From contig NC_086097.1 of NCBI RefSeq assembly GCF_963921235.1, positions 166,596,001 to 166,660,000 on the forward strand: DNA of 64,000 bases, read 5' to 3'. Below are positions 1 to 12,535 of the stretch, in pieces. Each line of letters begins with the position of its first letter. Position 1 is the first letter of the stretch. The notes beneath the pieces were generated by a model that worked only from the letters and a program-made list of their open reading frames with translations, made no database searches and was not told where the DNA came from. The position numbers and the translations under genes are program-made. Source of the stretch: Mobula hypostoma (taxonomy: Eukaryota).

Positions 1-144
1 GTAATCAAACACAATTTTTCCTTGGCCTGTTTAAAAAAATATATTTAGAGATACAGTGCGGAACGAGCCCTTCCTTCCAGCCCAATGAGCCGCACCGTCC
101 AGCAACCCACTTATTTAAACCTAGCCTGATCACAGGACAAATTA

Positions 145-336
145 TAAACACAAAATAATCTGCAGATGCTGGGGTCAAAGGCTACCCACCAGCCATCTCC
201 TTCCCACCCTTCTTTATAGGGCCTCTGCCCCTTCCCTCTATAGTCCTGATGAAGGGTTCCGGCCCGAAACGTCGACCGATCTTTTCCACGGATGCTGCCC
301 GATCTGCTGAGTTTCTCCAGCGTGTTGTGAGTGTTG
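145..336 (+). mobile_element. Penelope-like element terminal fragment inserted in a SINE
   Basis: Flanked by 14-bp direct repeat CACAGGACAAATTA (131-144 and 337-350); short inverted terminus followed by the 3' end carrying a hammerhead motif; same terminal sequence family as 17661-18239. Confidence 0.75.
243..276 (+). ncRNA. Minimal type I hammerhead ribozyme motif (Penelope-associated)
   Basis: GTC-CTGATGA-A-GGG(ttccgg)CCC-GAA-ACGT-C-GAC: core boxes CUGAUGA and GAAA, stem I GUC/GAC, stem II GGG/CCC, palindromic ACGU in place of stem III. Confidence 0.7.
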
Positions 337-1059
337 CACAGGACAAATTAACAATGACTAATTAACCTAGTAACCAGCATGCCTTTTGACTGTGGGAGGA
401 ATCCGGTTTATTCGGAGGTAACCCATGTGATCACGGGGAGAATGTCCACATTCCTTACAAACCGTGTGGAATTGTACTCAGAGCTGTGATAGTGTCACTA
501 ACCACAACGCTGCGGTGGCACTTCAAACCGGTCTCAGCCCGAAACGTCGACTGTACCTCTTCCGAGAGATGCTGCCTGGCCTGCTGCGTTCACCAGCAAC
601 TTTGATGTGTGTTCCTTGCGCTGGTGAATCGTGTGTTCGGGACCAGGCTACTGGCATCTCCAAATCTCATCACCAGTTCAAAATTTATTCACCAAGCTAA
701 TTTCACATCCGCAACATTGTCCTGTTTTCCATATCAACCGAGAATTTGCAGTAGAAATGTCATTTTCATCTTTGCATCATCATTAGAGAATAAATCACAA
801 ATTAACTTCTACCAATTGTCGACAAGCAAGTTAACACAAAAAAAAACAAATGTTGGAAATCTTAAATCAAAATAACAGAGCGCACATTCGCGTTAAAGAG
901 CCCCGACACACGCAAAATGCAGGAGGAAGTCAGCAAGTCAGGCAGCATCTATTAAAATAAAAAAACAGTCGGCGATTCGGTCCGAGACCCTTCTTCAGGA
1001 CTCAATGCCCGAGAGCGTCTCGGGGTCCGGGTACAGTACAGTACAATTCCGGCTCTAAG

Positions 1060-1179
1060 AGAATGCGCATGCACGGAAAGGAAACCGCCGACAAAAAGAA
1101 AGCGCGCAACCGCATCGACGGACCCGGCGGTGCCGCTAGGAGGGTGCGCATGCGCATTCCCGAGCGACACTCAGCGGCG
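1060..1179 (+). promoter_or_regulatory. CpG-rich promoter/5'UTR of the NPEPL1-like gene with NRF1-type motifs
   Basis: CpG-dense stretch (~880-1350) in an otherwise CpG-poor window; perfect palindrome TGCGCATGCGCA at 1145-1156 and near-match TGCGCATGCAC at 1064-1074, directly upstream of coding exon 1. Confidence 0.75.
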
Positions 1180-1359
1180 ATGAGGGTCTGCGGAAGGAGT
1201 GGTGGATTGGTCGTGGTGGAGCGCTTGGTGTTTGCCGCCGACGCCGGGGACTCCGACCCATGCTCCAGGGCGGTGTTGTTCGCAGGACAGCTGCCAAATC
1301 TGCACAAACTTGCCTGGAACCAAGTGAAGGGGAAGCTGGAGCCCCGGGTGACCCAGGAG
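1180..1359 (+). CDS. NPEPL1: NPEPL1-like M17 aminopeptidase, coding exon 1 (start codon inferred)
   Basis: MRVCGRSGGLVVVERLVFAADAGDSDPCSRAVLFAGQLPNLHKLAWNQVKGKLEPRVTQE resembles the NPEPL1 N-terminus (AGDSDP..R...GQL..LH...W..V.GKL.PRVT.E); ATG in gcggcgATG context; donor GAG|GTAGCG. Confidence 0.85.
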
Positions 1360-3569
1360 GTAGCGAGAAAGCAAGAGGTCCAAGATGGGGCCAGATGTTC
1401 AGGCTATTCAGCCCTTCTGGCTCTCTGTTGACCCGGCACCTATACTTAGGTGGCAGTGGCCCAGGGCTAAAGAGAGTGGAGTTGCTTGAAGCATGTTCTG
1501 ATGCTCAGTTTGCACCTTGATTTTTAAATTATTACTCTTCATGCTTCCCCCTGCCTCCCACTTATATATCTGTAGTCCCTTGCTCTTAACGTCCTACTCA
1601 TCTCTGAATTTTACTGCTGCACCATAGGTGACTGCACCTTTGATGGGAAAACGTAAACTCTAAAACTCTTACGTTAAAAGCATTGTGCCTGATCTTGTGT
1701 CTACCTACTTTGTGTTTTGGTGCCAATGTTTTCGTTCTCACTATCACTAGTAATGACAGTGTTTATTGTCCCTCATCTGTGGAGGCACATTATTGTGTTT
1801 AGAGTTAGTCCAGGTAAAGGATTGCACATTTCCTTCCCTGAAGGGCCTTACTGCTGCTGAAACCAGTTACAATGAAATATTTAATTGCACTTGTACTACT
1901 GGCATCCATTCCTTCTAGAACTGACTTTATAGACACAGGTAGATTCATTGCTAATTATTTATTTCTTTGAACAGAAGAACCTGGTTTGACCATCACTTGT
2001 TTTTTCTCCACTGTAATTTTTCCTTTCTTCCCCTGACCCAACCATCATGTTATCTGTCAATGGTCAGACCCTATCAAAGGCAGTCCATTCATAATCTGAA
2101 AAAGTTGTCAGTTCAGACACAACCATGGAGCAGGACGCAGTTAGCATTTCAAGGTAATGATGTTTCAGATGAACAGAACTTTCTGATGAAAGGTCATAGA
2201 TCTGATCATTTTCAATTAGGGTCATTTGTTTTGCAGTTAGTGACCCCTGACCTGATGAGTACTCTGGCATTAATTTTAGATTTCCAGAATCTGCAGGTAT
2301 TTTTTGACTGTACATCACTTCTACTATTTGTGCACACCAGAATGTTGATTTACAGTATTAAGACAAATGGAATACTACTTTTAAATTACCCTTTTGATGT
2401 ACAATGTTAGATAATTGCTATCAGAACAATTCAGTATTAATGATGTTTAGATTATATGTAAAATCCATTTTTGCAGATTTCTTGTCCCTACCTACATCTA
2501 TTTAAAAACCTTGCCATTTTGCTCATGTAGTTTTTTTTTAGCATTTAGGACATTGGCTGTTGTATTTTATAGATCAGTGTTAATTCCAAACAGCACAAAG
2601 TTTTTACTGTCTTCCATGAATGCTTAAAAGTTATATCTTCAAAAGATAAATATAGAACAAAAGCAAATACTGTGGATGTTGGAAATCAGTAATAACAAAC
2701 AGAAAATAGCAGAAGAATTGTGGAGAGCAGAGAAATTAAAATGTTGAACATTTTCTGCCAAATGCCATGTTCTCTCCGGTCTTTAGCCAGAGTGTGGTGA
2801 ATCTGTTTTGTTGCCACAGGCAGCTGCGAAGGCCAAAGTCATTGGGTATATTTAAGGCAGCAGTTGATAGGTTCTTGATTGGTCAGGGCATGAAGGGAGA
2901 CTGAGGAGATTGAGGCTGAGGGAAAATAGATCAGCCATAATGAAATGGTGGAGCAGACTTGATGGGCCAAGTGGCCTAATTCTGCTACTGTATTTTGCCA
3001 TCTTATGCTGCCTGACCGAACAAGTATCTCCCAGCAATTTCTATTTTTATTTCAGAGCAGAATATGGGCCACAGTAGGAAGATGGATGGAAGAGGCCAGG
3101 GAGAATAGTTTATGTAAATACTTTGAATTCTCTTCTCCAGAGAATGTAAATGTTTTGTATCTGATTATGTCCTTGTACCTTATTGTCTGCCTGCACTGCA
3201 CTTTCTCTGTAACTTAATTCTACATTCCTACTTGGGATTGAAGGGAAACTAACCTGTGGGAGTTGAGATTATTGCTCTGCTTTTGCCATTGGCATTACTG
3301 CTACCATCATCCTCCACTGGTGTGGTGCCAATGAGTGAAGCAACATATTTTCAGAAATGAATCCTCTTCTGTGCAATACATCATGTAGTTCGTTTACTTG
3401 GATAACAAGAGAGAAACAACATTTATTTAGAGTACCTTTGGTCTGGTTATTCTTAGCCCAAAAACATTCTGATTTAAGTTTAACATAAAATTTCAAATAA
3501 AACCCATATTTATGTGCTTAATGAGATCAATGATTGCAATTGATTCATTATGAAATCTCTTGCTCAGAC

Positions 3570-4520
3570 TGTATCTCTTCCATGATCTCCATCAGCATAG
3601 GTGCATCACAAGGCTGTGTGCTTTGCCCCCTACTCTACTCAATTTATGCTTATGATTGTGTGGCTAAGCACAGATCTAAGGCCATATTCAACTTTGCTGA
3701 TGTCACCACTGTCGTAGGTTGAATTAATAGTGGACAAATCAGCATATAGGAAAGAGATTGAAAATCTGTATGAATGGTGCCATAGCAACGACCTCTTACT
3801 CAATATTAGCAAGACCAAGGAGCTTTTATTGACTTCAGGAGGAGAAAAGCAGAAGTCCATGATCCTATCCTCGGAGGATCAGAGATAGAGATGGTCAGCA
3901 CCTTTAAGTTTCTCTGCGTTATTATTTCGGAGGACCTGTCTTGGGCCCAGCACATAAGTGCCTCTTACTTCCTTAGGAGTTTGCAAAGATTTGGCATGAC
4001 AGCCAAAACTTTGACAAACTTAAATAGATGTGTGGTGGAGAGTATATTGACTGGCTGCATTACAGCCTGGTATGGATATACCAATGCCCTTGAATGGAAA
4101 GCCCTTCAAAACTAGGGGATACAACCTAGTCCATCATGAGTAAAGCCCTCTTCATCATTGAGCACATCTACATGAAACATTGCTGCAGGAAAGCAGGGAT
4201 CCCCACCATGCAGGATATGCTCTGATTTTGCTGCTGCCATCGAGAAGGTATGGGAGCGTCAGGTCACACCACCGGGTTCAGGAACAGTTATTTCTCTTCA
4301 ACCACCAAAGGGGATAATTTCATAATTTCATTCAACTTTACTTGCCCCATCATTGAAATGTTCCCACAACCTCTGGACTCATTTTCAAGGACTCTTCATC
4401 TCATGTTATCAATAGTTATTTATTATTATTACTTATTTTTGTGTTCACACACTGGTTGAACACCCAAATTGGTATGATCTTTCTTTGATTCTATTATGGT
4501 AATTATTCTATTAAAGATTT
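3570..4520 (+). mobile_element. Degraded Rex1/Babar-like LINE 3' fragment
   Basis: Broken frames GASQGCVLCPLLYSIYAYDC..FADVTTVVG and FKFL.V.ISEDLSW..YFLR.L..ESILTGCITAWYG. Confidence 0.8.
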
Positions 4521-4567
4521 ATTGACTATGCCCGCATATTCAGGGTTGTATATGGTGATGCGCGTGT

Positions 4568-4569
4568 AT

Positions 4570-4631
<62 letters not shown>
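4568..4631. repeat. (CA)n/(CATA) compound microsatellite
   Basis: Direct reading; about 90 bp upstream of the exon 2 acceptor. Confidence 0.95.
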
Positions 4632-4719
4632 GCTGAGTTTGCTAAGTTTAGATATAATTGTAATTCTCCTCTGTGTAGAGCCAAATAAGCCCTGGAATAA
4701 TGCTCAGTTTGTTGTTCAG

Positions 4720-4905
4720 GTCTGGCAGACAGCACTGAGAACTTTGAATCCAAATCCTACAGCTACTTGCTCTCTTTGGCTCAATTATGCTCTAGTGGCA
4801 GCACTCCGGTCCAAAGTCAGTCGTCACAACAGTCCATCTTCAGCTCACTTTCTCACACGATTGATTAGTAGTTCCTTGACTCGAAGAACCAACCAGTGCA
4901 TTGTG
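4720..4905 (+). CDS. NPEPL1: NPEPL1-like exon 2
   Basis: ttcag|...|gtgagt; 186 bp; VWQTALRTLNPNPTATCSLWLNYALVAALRSKVSRHNSPSSAHFLTRLISSSLTRRTNQCIV. Confidence 0.93.
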
Positions 4906-6912
4906 GTGAGTGATCTTTTTGTCTCTTGTTTATATAAGCTCCATCCTGTTATTTGTGAATTTTCTTTTTTCAATGTTCATTTTTATTTTCAAAAGGCTAA
5001 TTAAAGTTAATGCTGATTATTTATGATAAATTACTGGCGATTTTTTTCTGTATGGGCAATCCCATGTTTTTTTTTTGGAGGGAGGTGATATTGCCTTCCT
5101 AGAAATTGGTTCTTATTGTAAATTTCTGAAATTCTAAGATGTGTCTTCTGTGCATGTGTCAAGAAATTTGAATTTAAAAGGTTGTTTGTTTATTTTTCAC
5201 ATGTAAATTTTGTAAGAGTGCATTTGTATTCTATATCTCAGATTTTCTAGTGGTCATTTGAGAATTCAGCAAGGGTGAATTTCCATTACCCAAACTTCTG
5301 CGTTGGGGAGGGCATCCACCTGTACAGTTATTTTACTGACTTGACATGATTTTTCAAAAGCAATGGGAATTTTCAGAAAAAGCTGTACAAAATAGTTTTC
5401 CTTGATGGCTTTCGAAAAGTCAATTGAGTTGACCAATTAAATAAAAAAAATTAGAAAGAGGCCTTGAGGTTTTAGCTCAAAAACGTTACATGGGATGATT
5501 TTCATCTAACGTTCTGTTGTCTATTTGAGTGGGATTGTGGTATTAAAGAAAAGACCTTCATTAGTGTTATATATTTGCATCCCTTTCACGACATCTCAAC
5601 GGGTTTACTAGCCAGTGAAATATGTCTGTGGCATGATTATTGTTGTAATGTGGCCAATTTTTGTATAACAAGATTCCCAAAATGGCATTTTAGTGCAAAA
5701 ATTAGAATTGATACAGTTGAGCTAACAGATTAGATGACGGAGACTGGAACTTACTGCCTTCATGATTAGCGAAAAGTGTGGAGATGGTATTTCACTTCTG
5801 ACTTCATAAAAATTGCTTTAAGTATTTGCCTGAAATCTATTTGTGGTATCTTGAAAGAATACCATAAAACAATATTTAATGGAGTCGAGGCTATGGAATA
5901 GGTGGAAGGAAAATAATTCTGAGGTGATAGATCACCTATGATTTTACTGAATGGTAAAGAGGCATAGGATGGAATGATCTACTACTTAGTATGTTCTTGA
6001 GGATATATGCTGATTTTTAATACTGATAAGCAAATAGTTTTGTTTTTTGTACCAATGACAATTCAACAAATAAAATTCAGTGCTGCCTGTGACAAGATTA
6101 AAAAGCTGAAATTGCCAGGAAAATCAACTGTATCTGAACATCATGCCGAAGGAACTAATGTGCTTTTTCATACAGAATAATAATACTGTTGAAGCAGATG
6201 ATAGTATCTGTAGTTTTAGTCTGCTCCAGGATACTTAAAATACAACCACAACATTAATTATTTTCCTCGTAAGCTTATTAAGTATTTATTAGGGGTTTGC
6301 ATACATGACATAATACTATCTGATATTTGCTTGCATTTCATTACCAGCACTTAAAATTAATGTTACTAGAGACTTGAGTCATTGTTTTGCAAGTTATCTG
6401 CTTTCAGTTGAAATATCTTTTTTTCTCAATGTTATATACCCGGGGCAAAGACTATTTGCTAAATCGTATATCAGAGAATTAGCTGATGTTACAAAGAGGA
6501 CAAACATGAAGGAGTCTAGTAAGTTGACTATTAATACCTGGCACAAACATTAAAGAAAAGTGAGTCTGTTAAAACTCTTAAGTTTTAAGATTTGTGCAAA
6601 GGGAAGAAAACAAAAAGAATCCAATTAAATGACTTGTGTGAACTCTTTTTTTGACCATTGAACAACTTCTCTGATGTATGCAACTTTTAATTTATGGTTA
6701 AAAACAGAAATAGAAACAGTAGTCAGCTCTTCAGCTCCACCTGACTACTACAGCATTCTGTCATTTCAAAGCTGACCTTCTGCTTTGGCTACATTTTCCC
6801 GCATTGAACCCTAAAAATGTATCAATTTCTGTCTGATTTGGATATGATTATGTATCACATTGTTTTTCAAAAGACTTTTAACTTATTATTATGGTTATAA
6901 CTTTTATTTCAG

Positions 6913-7083
6913 TTGGTCTGTGAATATGCAGAGGTTTTTGCCTTAGCATGTGCACTAACAAGAGCGTTTCCTTTGTTCACTCGACGCACTGGAATGCATG
7001 AACATGAAGACAAGATCACTGTTACTGTAGAGTTTATTCTAGTGGGAGAAAATACCAAGCCACTCTGTGAATCTGCACTTGAA
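6913..7083 (+). CDS. NPEPL1: NPEPL1-like exon 3
   Basis: tttcag|...|gtaagt; 171 bp; LVCEYAEVFALACALTRAFPLFTRRT...VTVEFILVG...ESALE. Confidence 0.93.
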
Positions 7084-7164
7084 GTAAGTAATAGCACAAT
7101 GGTAGGAGCTACAAAATGATGTAGTTGCTGATTTAAGATTAGCTTTCTTTGTTACATCAAAACC

Positions 7165-7425
7165 TTAAAATATGCAGTGAAATGCATTGTTTGCTTCAAT
7201 GGTAGGCACAGTTTGAAGATGCGTTAGGGACAGCCCGCGTCCACAACTTTAATAACCCTAACCCGTATGTCTTTGGAATGTAGGAGGAAATTGGAGAAGC
7301 AAGAGAAAACCCATGTGGTTATGGGGAGAACATACAAACTCCACACAGCCAGTAGCGGGAATTGAACTCCTATCACTGGCATTGTAAAATGTTGTATTAA
7401 CTGCTGCTCTGCCGTGCCACCCATG
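7165..7425 (-). mobile_element. tRNA-headed V-SINE-like element (related fragments near 350-515, 13245-13420, 28200-28365, 32550-32670)
   Basis: Minus strand GGGTGGCACGG..., B-box-like GGAGTTCAATTCCC, then GGAGTTTGTATGTTCTCCCC...GGGTTTTCTC resembling the V-SINE central domain. Confidence 0.65.
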
Positions 7426-8354
7426 ATGTTTGTTTTCATAGCTTCTAATTCTGTGTGGTTTGACAGGGATCTGAATTGAGCTGCACTTGGTTGCATAAAT
7501 TGCCAATTGTCTTTTACCATCATTGTAATGGATTACTTCCTAAAATAACAGTTGACTGCAAAGCCAAATATTTTAAGTGAGTTTTATGTTATGGTGTACA
7601 CTGTTTTGTCAGCTGAACAAAATCATAGGGACATATTTTACTAAACTATGGAGGATTAATGTTTGCTCCCATGGAGCAAATTGTAGTTGCAGAGACATTT
7701 GGAAAGTTGCGGTTAGTGCTCTCTTAAAACCCTTTAGCCTTTGGTAGCATACTGGAAACCCAGAGGTTTTCTTAATTTTGTTAAAGGTATTTTTAATGGC
7801 CCTTTCACATCTTCTTGTATTTAGTTCTAGCTTCTGTGACATAAGGTATCAAGAAGCTTCTTTCAACTTCCCCTGTGTTTCTTGCTATTTTAGTTTGTCT
7901 TGATTACCAGGCTTTTATACTTTCAAGATCATCATCACAATTTTAATTGCCTTTCGATGGTGACTGCAGCAATTTTCATATTACCTGTACAAAATTTAAA
8001 AGGGTTTCTCTTTTGTTGAACACTAAAGCCTGCTTTCCATAAGTTCAATTGTTTTTGTTTTCCTTTTTAACACTTAGTAGGTGGGATAGTAGTAACTTAT
8101 GCACAATAGGCCTTTGCTTAATATAGCATCAAAAATATTGTTCAGATTAGTTGCTGTCTAGTGCCATAATATAAATTGCAGTGACTTGAGCAGCCAGTGA
8201 CTTTAAAGGATGTTAAGTTGTTTATTTCATTTTATTCAGAAAAGAGTAGCTTACTGCATAGCTTGCAATATTGACAAAATAACCTCATTAGGGTGGAGGT
8301 ACTGTTAGATGGCCCTGTTAATTTTCCAGCACTTAACCATTATTTATTTCATAG

Positions 8355-8444
8355 TGTTTGTTAAATGCTGCTGAAGGCATCCGATTAGCAGCTCGTATTG
8401 TGGATATGCCATGCTGTGAGATGAATACCGATGACTTCCTTGAG
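8355..8444 (+). CDS. NPEPL1: NPEPL1-like exon 4
   Basis: catag|...|gtgagc; 90 bp; CLLNAAEGIRLAARIVDMPCCEMNTDDFLE. Confidence 0.93.
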
Positions 8445-9153
8445 GTGAGCACTTTCAGTTCTTTAGACAGTGGCATAAACTGATTCAGCTCACTCTCTCC
8501 TGTATTTTGCACTTGATATCAACAATTACATCTGCCACTTTATTTTTGTCAAAAGTGTATTTTTTCAGAACTCCAGTGGTAAAATAATGTTTTATGCACA
8601 TGCAGCAACTTAAAACGTAGTATTGATTTGTTAACTATTTAGCTTTCTAATAGACTGTTAGGGAATATACGGCACAGAAGCGGATGAACTCAACCATGCT
8701 AAACAAGTTGCCAACCTGACTTAGATCCATTTCCCTTTTTTGTAGACTGATTTATGTAAATGTGTTGTTAATGAGACCTTTTGCTATAGGGTTCATATTT
8801 ATTCGGTTTCAGAAGAGCAGTGCAAGAATCTTTGGGTACATGTTAGAATTTCATTGTTGGTTGATTCAGATAACCTGATCTCTTAACTAGATATAGCATG
8901 GAGTTGAATTGGTCAAACACTCCCTATTGAGCTTTCTTTTAGCTGCTTTCAAATGTGTATTAATTTTATTTGATTAAAAATATTGGGAGCAAATAGTAAT
9001 GCTGTGAAGTAGAGCAAGATATTGCATTGATATAGTTCCTTTGAACTTGGTTTGATTCGAGAGGGTTGTGAATCTCTGAAATTCTTTGACCATTTGGGTG
9101 TGAAATATAGATTATTGAAGGTATTTTTAAAAAGGTAGTTTTTTCATATATCT

Positions 9154-11355
9154 GATTAGATTAGATTCAGATTAGATTCAACTTTATTGTCATTGTGCCG
9201 AGTACAGATAAAAAGCCAATGAAATGCAGTTAGCATCTGACCAGAGATGCAAAGAATAGTGTTATTTACAAAATAACTGCGAATAAAAAGTAAGTGCTAC
9301 AGCACACAAATATAAAAGTACTGAGACAGTACAATATGGATACAATACTGCTTAGCGCTGTGATGAGAGGTTCAGCAGTGTCATAGCCTCGGGGAAGAAG
9401 CTCTTCCTGTGCCTGCTGGTGCGGGAGCGGAGGCTCCTGTAGCACCTACCGGATGGGAGGAGAGTAAAAAGTCCATGGTTAGGGTGAGATGCATCCTTGA
9501 TAATGCTTTTCACCCTGCCCAGGCAGCATTTATGGTAGAAGTTCTCAATGGTGGGCGATTGGGTGCCGATAATCCGCTGGGCAGTTTTCACCACACACTG
9601 GAGTGCTTTGTGGTCCGATACGGGACAATTGCCACACCACACTGAGATGCAGTTGGTGAGTCTGCTCTCAATGGTACAGCGGTAAAAGTCCATTAGTATC
9701 CTGGGACAGAGGTGAGCTGTCTTCATGCTCCACAGGAAATAAAGGCGCTGTTGTGCCTTTTTGATCAGGATGGAGGAGTTCAGGGACCAGGTGAGATCCT
9801 CGGAAATGTGGACACCAAGGAATTTGAAGCTTGATAAACGCTCCACTGCAGCTCCGTTGATGTAGATTGGGACGTGAGTGTGGCTCCTAGCATGACTGAA
9901 GTCCACAATGATCTCCTTGGTCTTCTGGGTGTTAAGAGCCAGGTTGTTGTTGCCACACCACGCGGCCAGGCGCTGGACCTTGTCCCTGTAGGCCGTCTCG
10001 TCACCCCCTCTGATCAGGCCAACCCTGTGGTGTTGTCTGCGAACTTGATTATGGAGTTAGAACCATGTACAGGAACGCAGTCATAGGTGAAAAGGGAGTA
10101 CAGAAGAGGGCTCAGCACACAGCCTTGAGGCACGCCGGTGTTCAGGGTGAGAGTGGAGGAGGAGAGGTTGTCTAATTTAACTGATTGGGGTCTGTTAGTC
10201 AGAAAGTCCAAGGTCCAATTGCAGAGGGATGATCTGATACCAAGCTGGCGAAGTTTGGCGATCAGCTTGGAGGGGATCACAGTATTGAATGCCGAACTAA
10301 AGTCAATGAACAGCATTCTGACGTAAGAGTTGGGGCTGTGCAGGTGGGTCAGGGCAGAGTGAAGTGCTGTGGAGATAGCGTCCTCTGTTGACCTGTTGGT
10401 GCAATAGGCAAATTGACTGGGGTCCAGGGTAGTGGGCAGACAGGATTTCAGATGTGATAGAACTAGTCTCTCAAAGCACTTTGCAATGATGGGGGTGAGT
10501 GCAACTGGACAGAAGTCATTCAGGCCTGTGGCAGTGGAATGCTTCGGCATTGGCACGATGGTGACGAGCTTGAAGCTTGTGGGGACAACTGCCTGGGCCA
10601 GGGACAGATTAAAAATGTCCGTGAAGACCCCGGCCAACTACCCTGCACAGACTCTGAGCACACGGCCAGGTATTCCATCCGGACCAGCTGCCTTCCATAC
10701 ATTCACCCTGCTCAGGGTGGCACAAACATCGGAGGTGGAAAGTGAGAGAGGCAGTTCACCAGGTGGGAGATCCGCTATGAGGGTGACCTCCTTGATCTCT
10801 CGGTCAAAGCGAGCGTAGAAGTAATTGAGCTTATCAGGGAGGGAAGCAGAGCTGGCAGGGGGCACAGTACTAGGTGGTTTGAAGTCTGTAATGACCTGTA
10901 TGTCATGCCACATGTGCTGGGGGTCCGAAGAGTTGAAATGCTCCTCGATTCTCTGTTTGTATATGTGTTTAACCTGAGAGATTCCCCTCCTCAGGTTGGC
11001 CCTAGCTGAGCTGTAAGCCTCCTGGTCTCCAGACCTCAAAGCTGAATCTCAGGCTTTGAGCAGGAGGTGAACTTCTCTGTTCATCCATGGTTTCTGATTG
11101 GGGAAAACTTTTATTTGTTTTTGTGATGTCACTATCTACACACTTGTTGGTGTGCTCAGGGACAGAGTTGGTATATAAATCAATGTTGAGCTGAGAGTCT
11201 GTGGTGGCATGGGCAGCAAACGCGCTCCAGTCTGTGTGCTGGAATTGGTGCTGAGGAGCAGAGTCAGCACCCTCCAGCCAGATCTTAATAGTCTTCATTG
11301 TGGCTTTCAAAAGTTTAATGACCGGGCTATACTTGGGAAGCAGAAACAATGAAAG
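9154..11355 (-). mobile_element. 5'-truncated Rex1/Babar-like LINE (RT plus C-terminal domain), few disruptions
   Basis: ORF pieces [70 protein letters not shown]; 3' AATAAA followed by (TCTAA/TCTGAA)n tail. Confidence 0.9.
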
Positions 11356-11632
11356 ATGGATGGTCTGAAGGGTATAGAGAACTGTAACTGAATGGATGAG
11401 GCCTGGAGCAGATCATATTGAATGGTGAGTGGCCAGGTGACCTAATCTTCCTATTTTCTTGTGTTCTTAGGCTATTCCAAAGCACTATGATTAATTAGGA
11501 ACTTTTGTAATGTAGGAAGCAAGTTAGTGGTATAGTCAAACTCATCACACACAACATTAAGATAAAAAGCATATTGTATCATAGAATTATAGAATGCCTA
11601 CAGCACAGTAGGAGGCCATTTGGCCCATTGTG

Positions 11633-12448
11633 TGTGCAGCCCTTTTTTACCACGGGTGTTTCTAGAGATGCAGCTCGTTACCCCCTTGCTAACAGCTGCC
11701 GGACTCGGTGATGAGAAAACCACCTTTCTCAGACCCCATGCGTCTAGGGTCGATAGGACTTGGATCCCACCAAACTGGGGAGGTTGGTTGCTTTGTCCAC
11801 CCGAACCCCAGTCTGAACACTGTGTAAATGCTGCCTGTCAGGAAGAGATAACAGGTCATACACCACATACAATTCTGAAGAAAGTATATTTACAAATTTC
11901 AGCTTTATTGAACAGTTAGTAGGAAAAGAAAAAAAAACAAGGGTCTATTACAGTTAACTCAGTCCAAATGTGCACATAAGTTGGAGCTCATCTTGAAGTT
12001 GTCTTTAACTCACACGCTGGACCCACAGTCTGCCTGAAAGCACACACCGCCTTCTGAATATCACTTAAAATTAATCTCGATAAAATGAGCTCCCCCACGG
12101 GAGTATTGGTCCTTCTTCCTAGAAGCCGTTCATCAGCACAAAGCACCTTATGCAACAGGAATGGCATTCTTAGCTATCTTCCCTCCTGTCTTCTCCCAGC
12201 TCCTGCCAAAAGGACCTTAACCTACACCAGTGTCTGTCATAAAAACCTCTCCGTCCAGCATTCTCTAGAACCTTCTCCCAATTCCATCATCCTGATTGGA
12301 TGACACTACATTTCTAAGCATGAACATCACACTCGCTTATTTTTAGCTCAAACCCAAATATGCTGAAAGCAGAACAGACTGCTCTTACAGAACTGCTAAA
12401 ATGAAATACCTACAGCATAGCAGTAAAAATCTTAACCAGGGCGTTACA
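11633..12448 (-). mobile_element. Solo LTR (Gypsy-like)
   Basis: TG...CA termini with imperfect inverted repeats (TGTGCAGCCC / GGGCGTTACA), 4-bp direct repeat TGTG at 11629-11632 and 12449-12452, internal minus-strand AATAAA near 11905. Confidence 0.65.
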
Positions 12449-12469
12449 TGTGCATAATGTGCATGTCTA

Positions 12470-12535
12470 CAGTACTGTGCAAAAGTTTTAGGCATATATA
12501 TATAGTTAGGGTGCCTAAGCTTTTGCACAGTACTG
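12470..12535. mobile_element. 66-bp Tc1-derived MITE
   Basis: TA-CAGTACTGTGCAAAAG..TAGGCA / TGCCTAAGCTTTTGCACAGTACTG-TA; TIRs match those of the Tc1 at 43179-44672. Confidence 0.8.

Noticed and set aside
1063..1431. 122-aa single-exon ORF as a standalone gene
   Set aside because: It is NPEPL1-like exon 1 read through the donor at 1360; similarity stops at the splice site
4522..4719. His/Thr-repeat N-terminal part of the 160-aa ORF
   Set aside because: Translation of a (CA)n microsatellite upstream of the exon 2 acceptor
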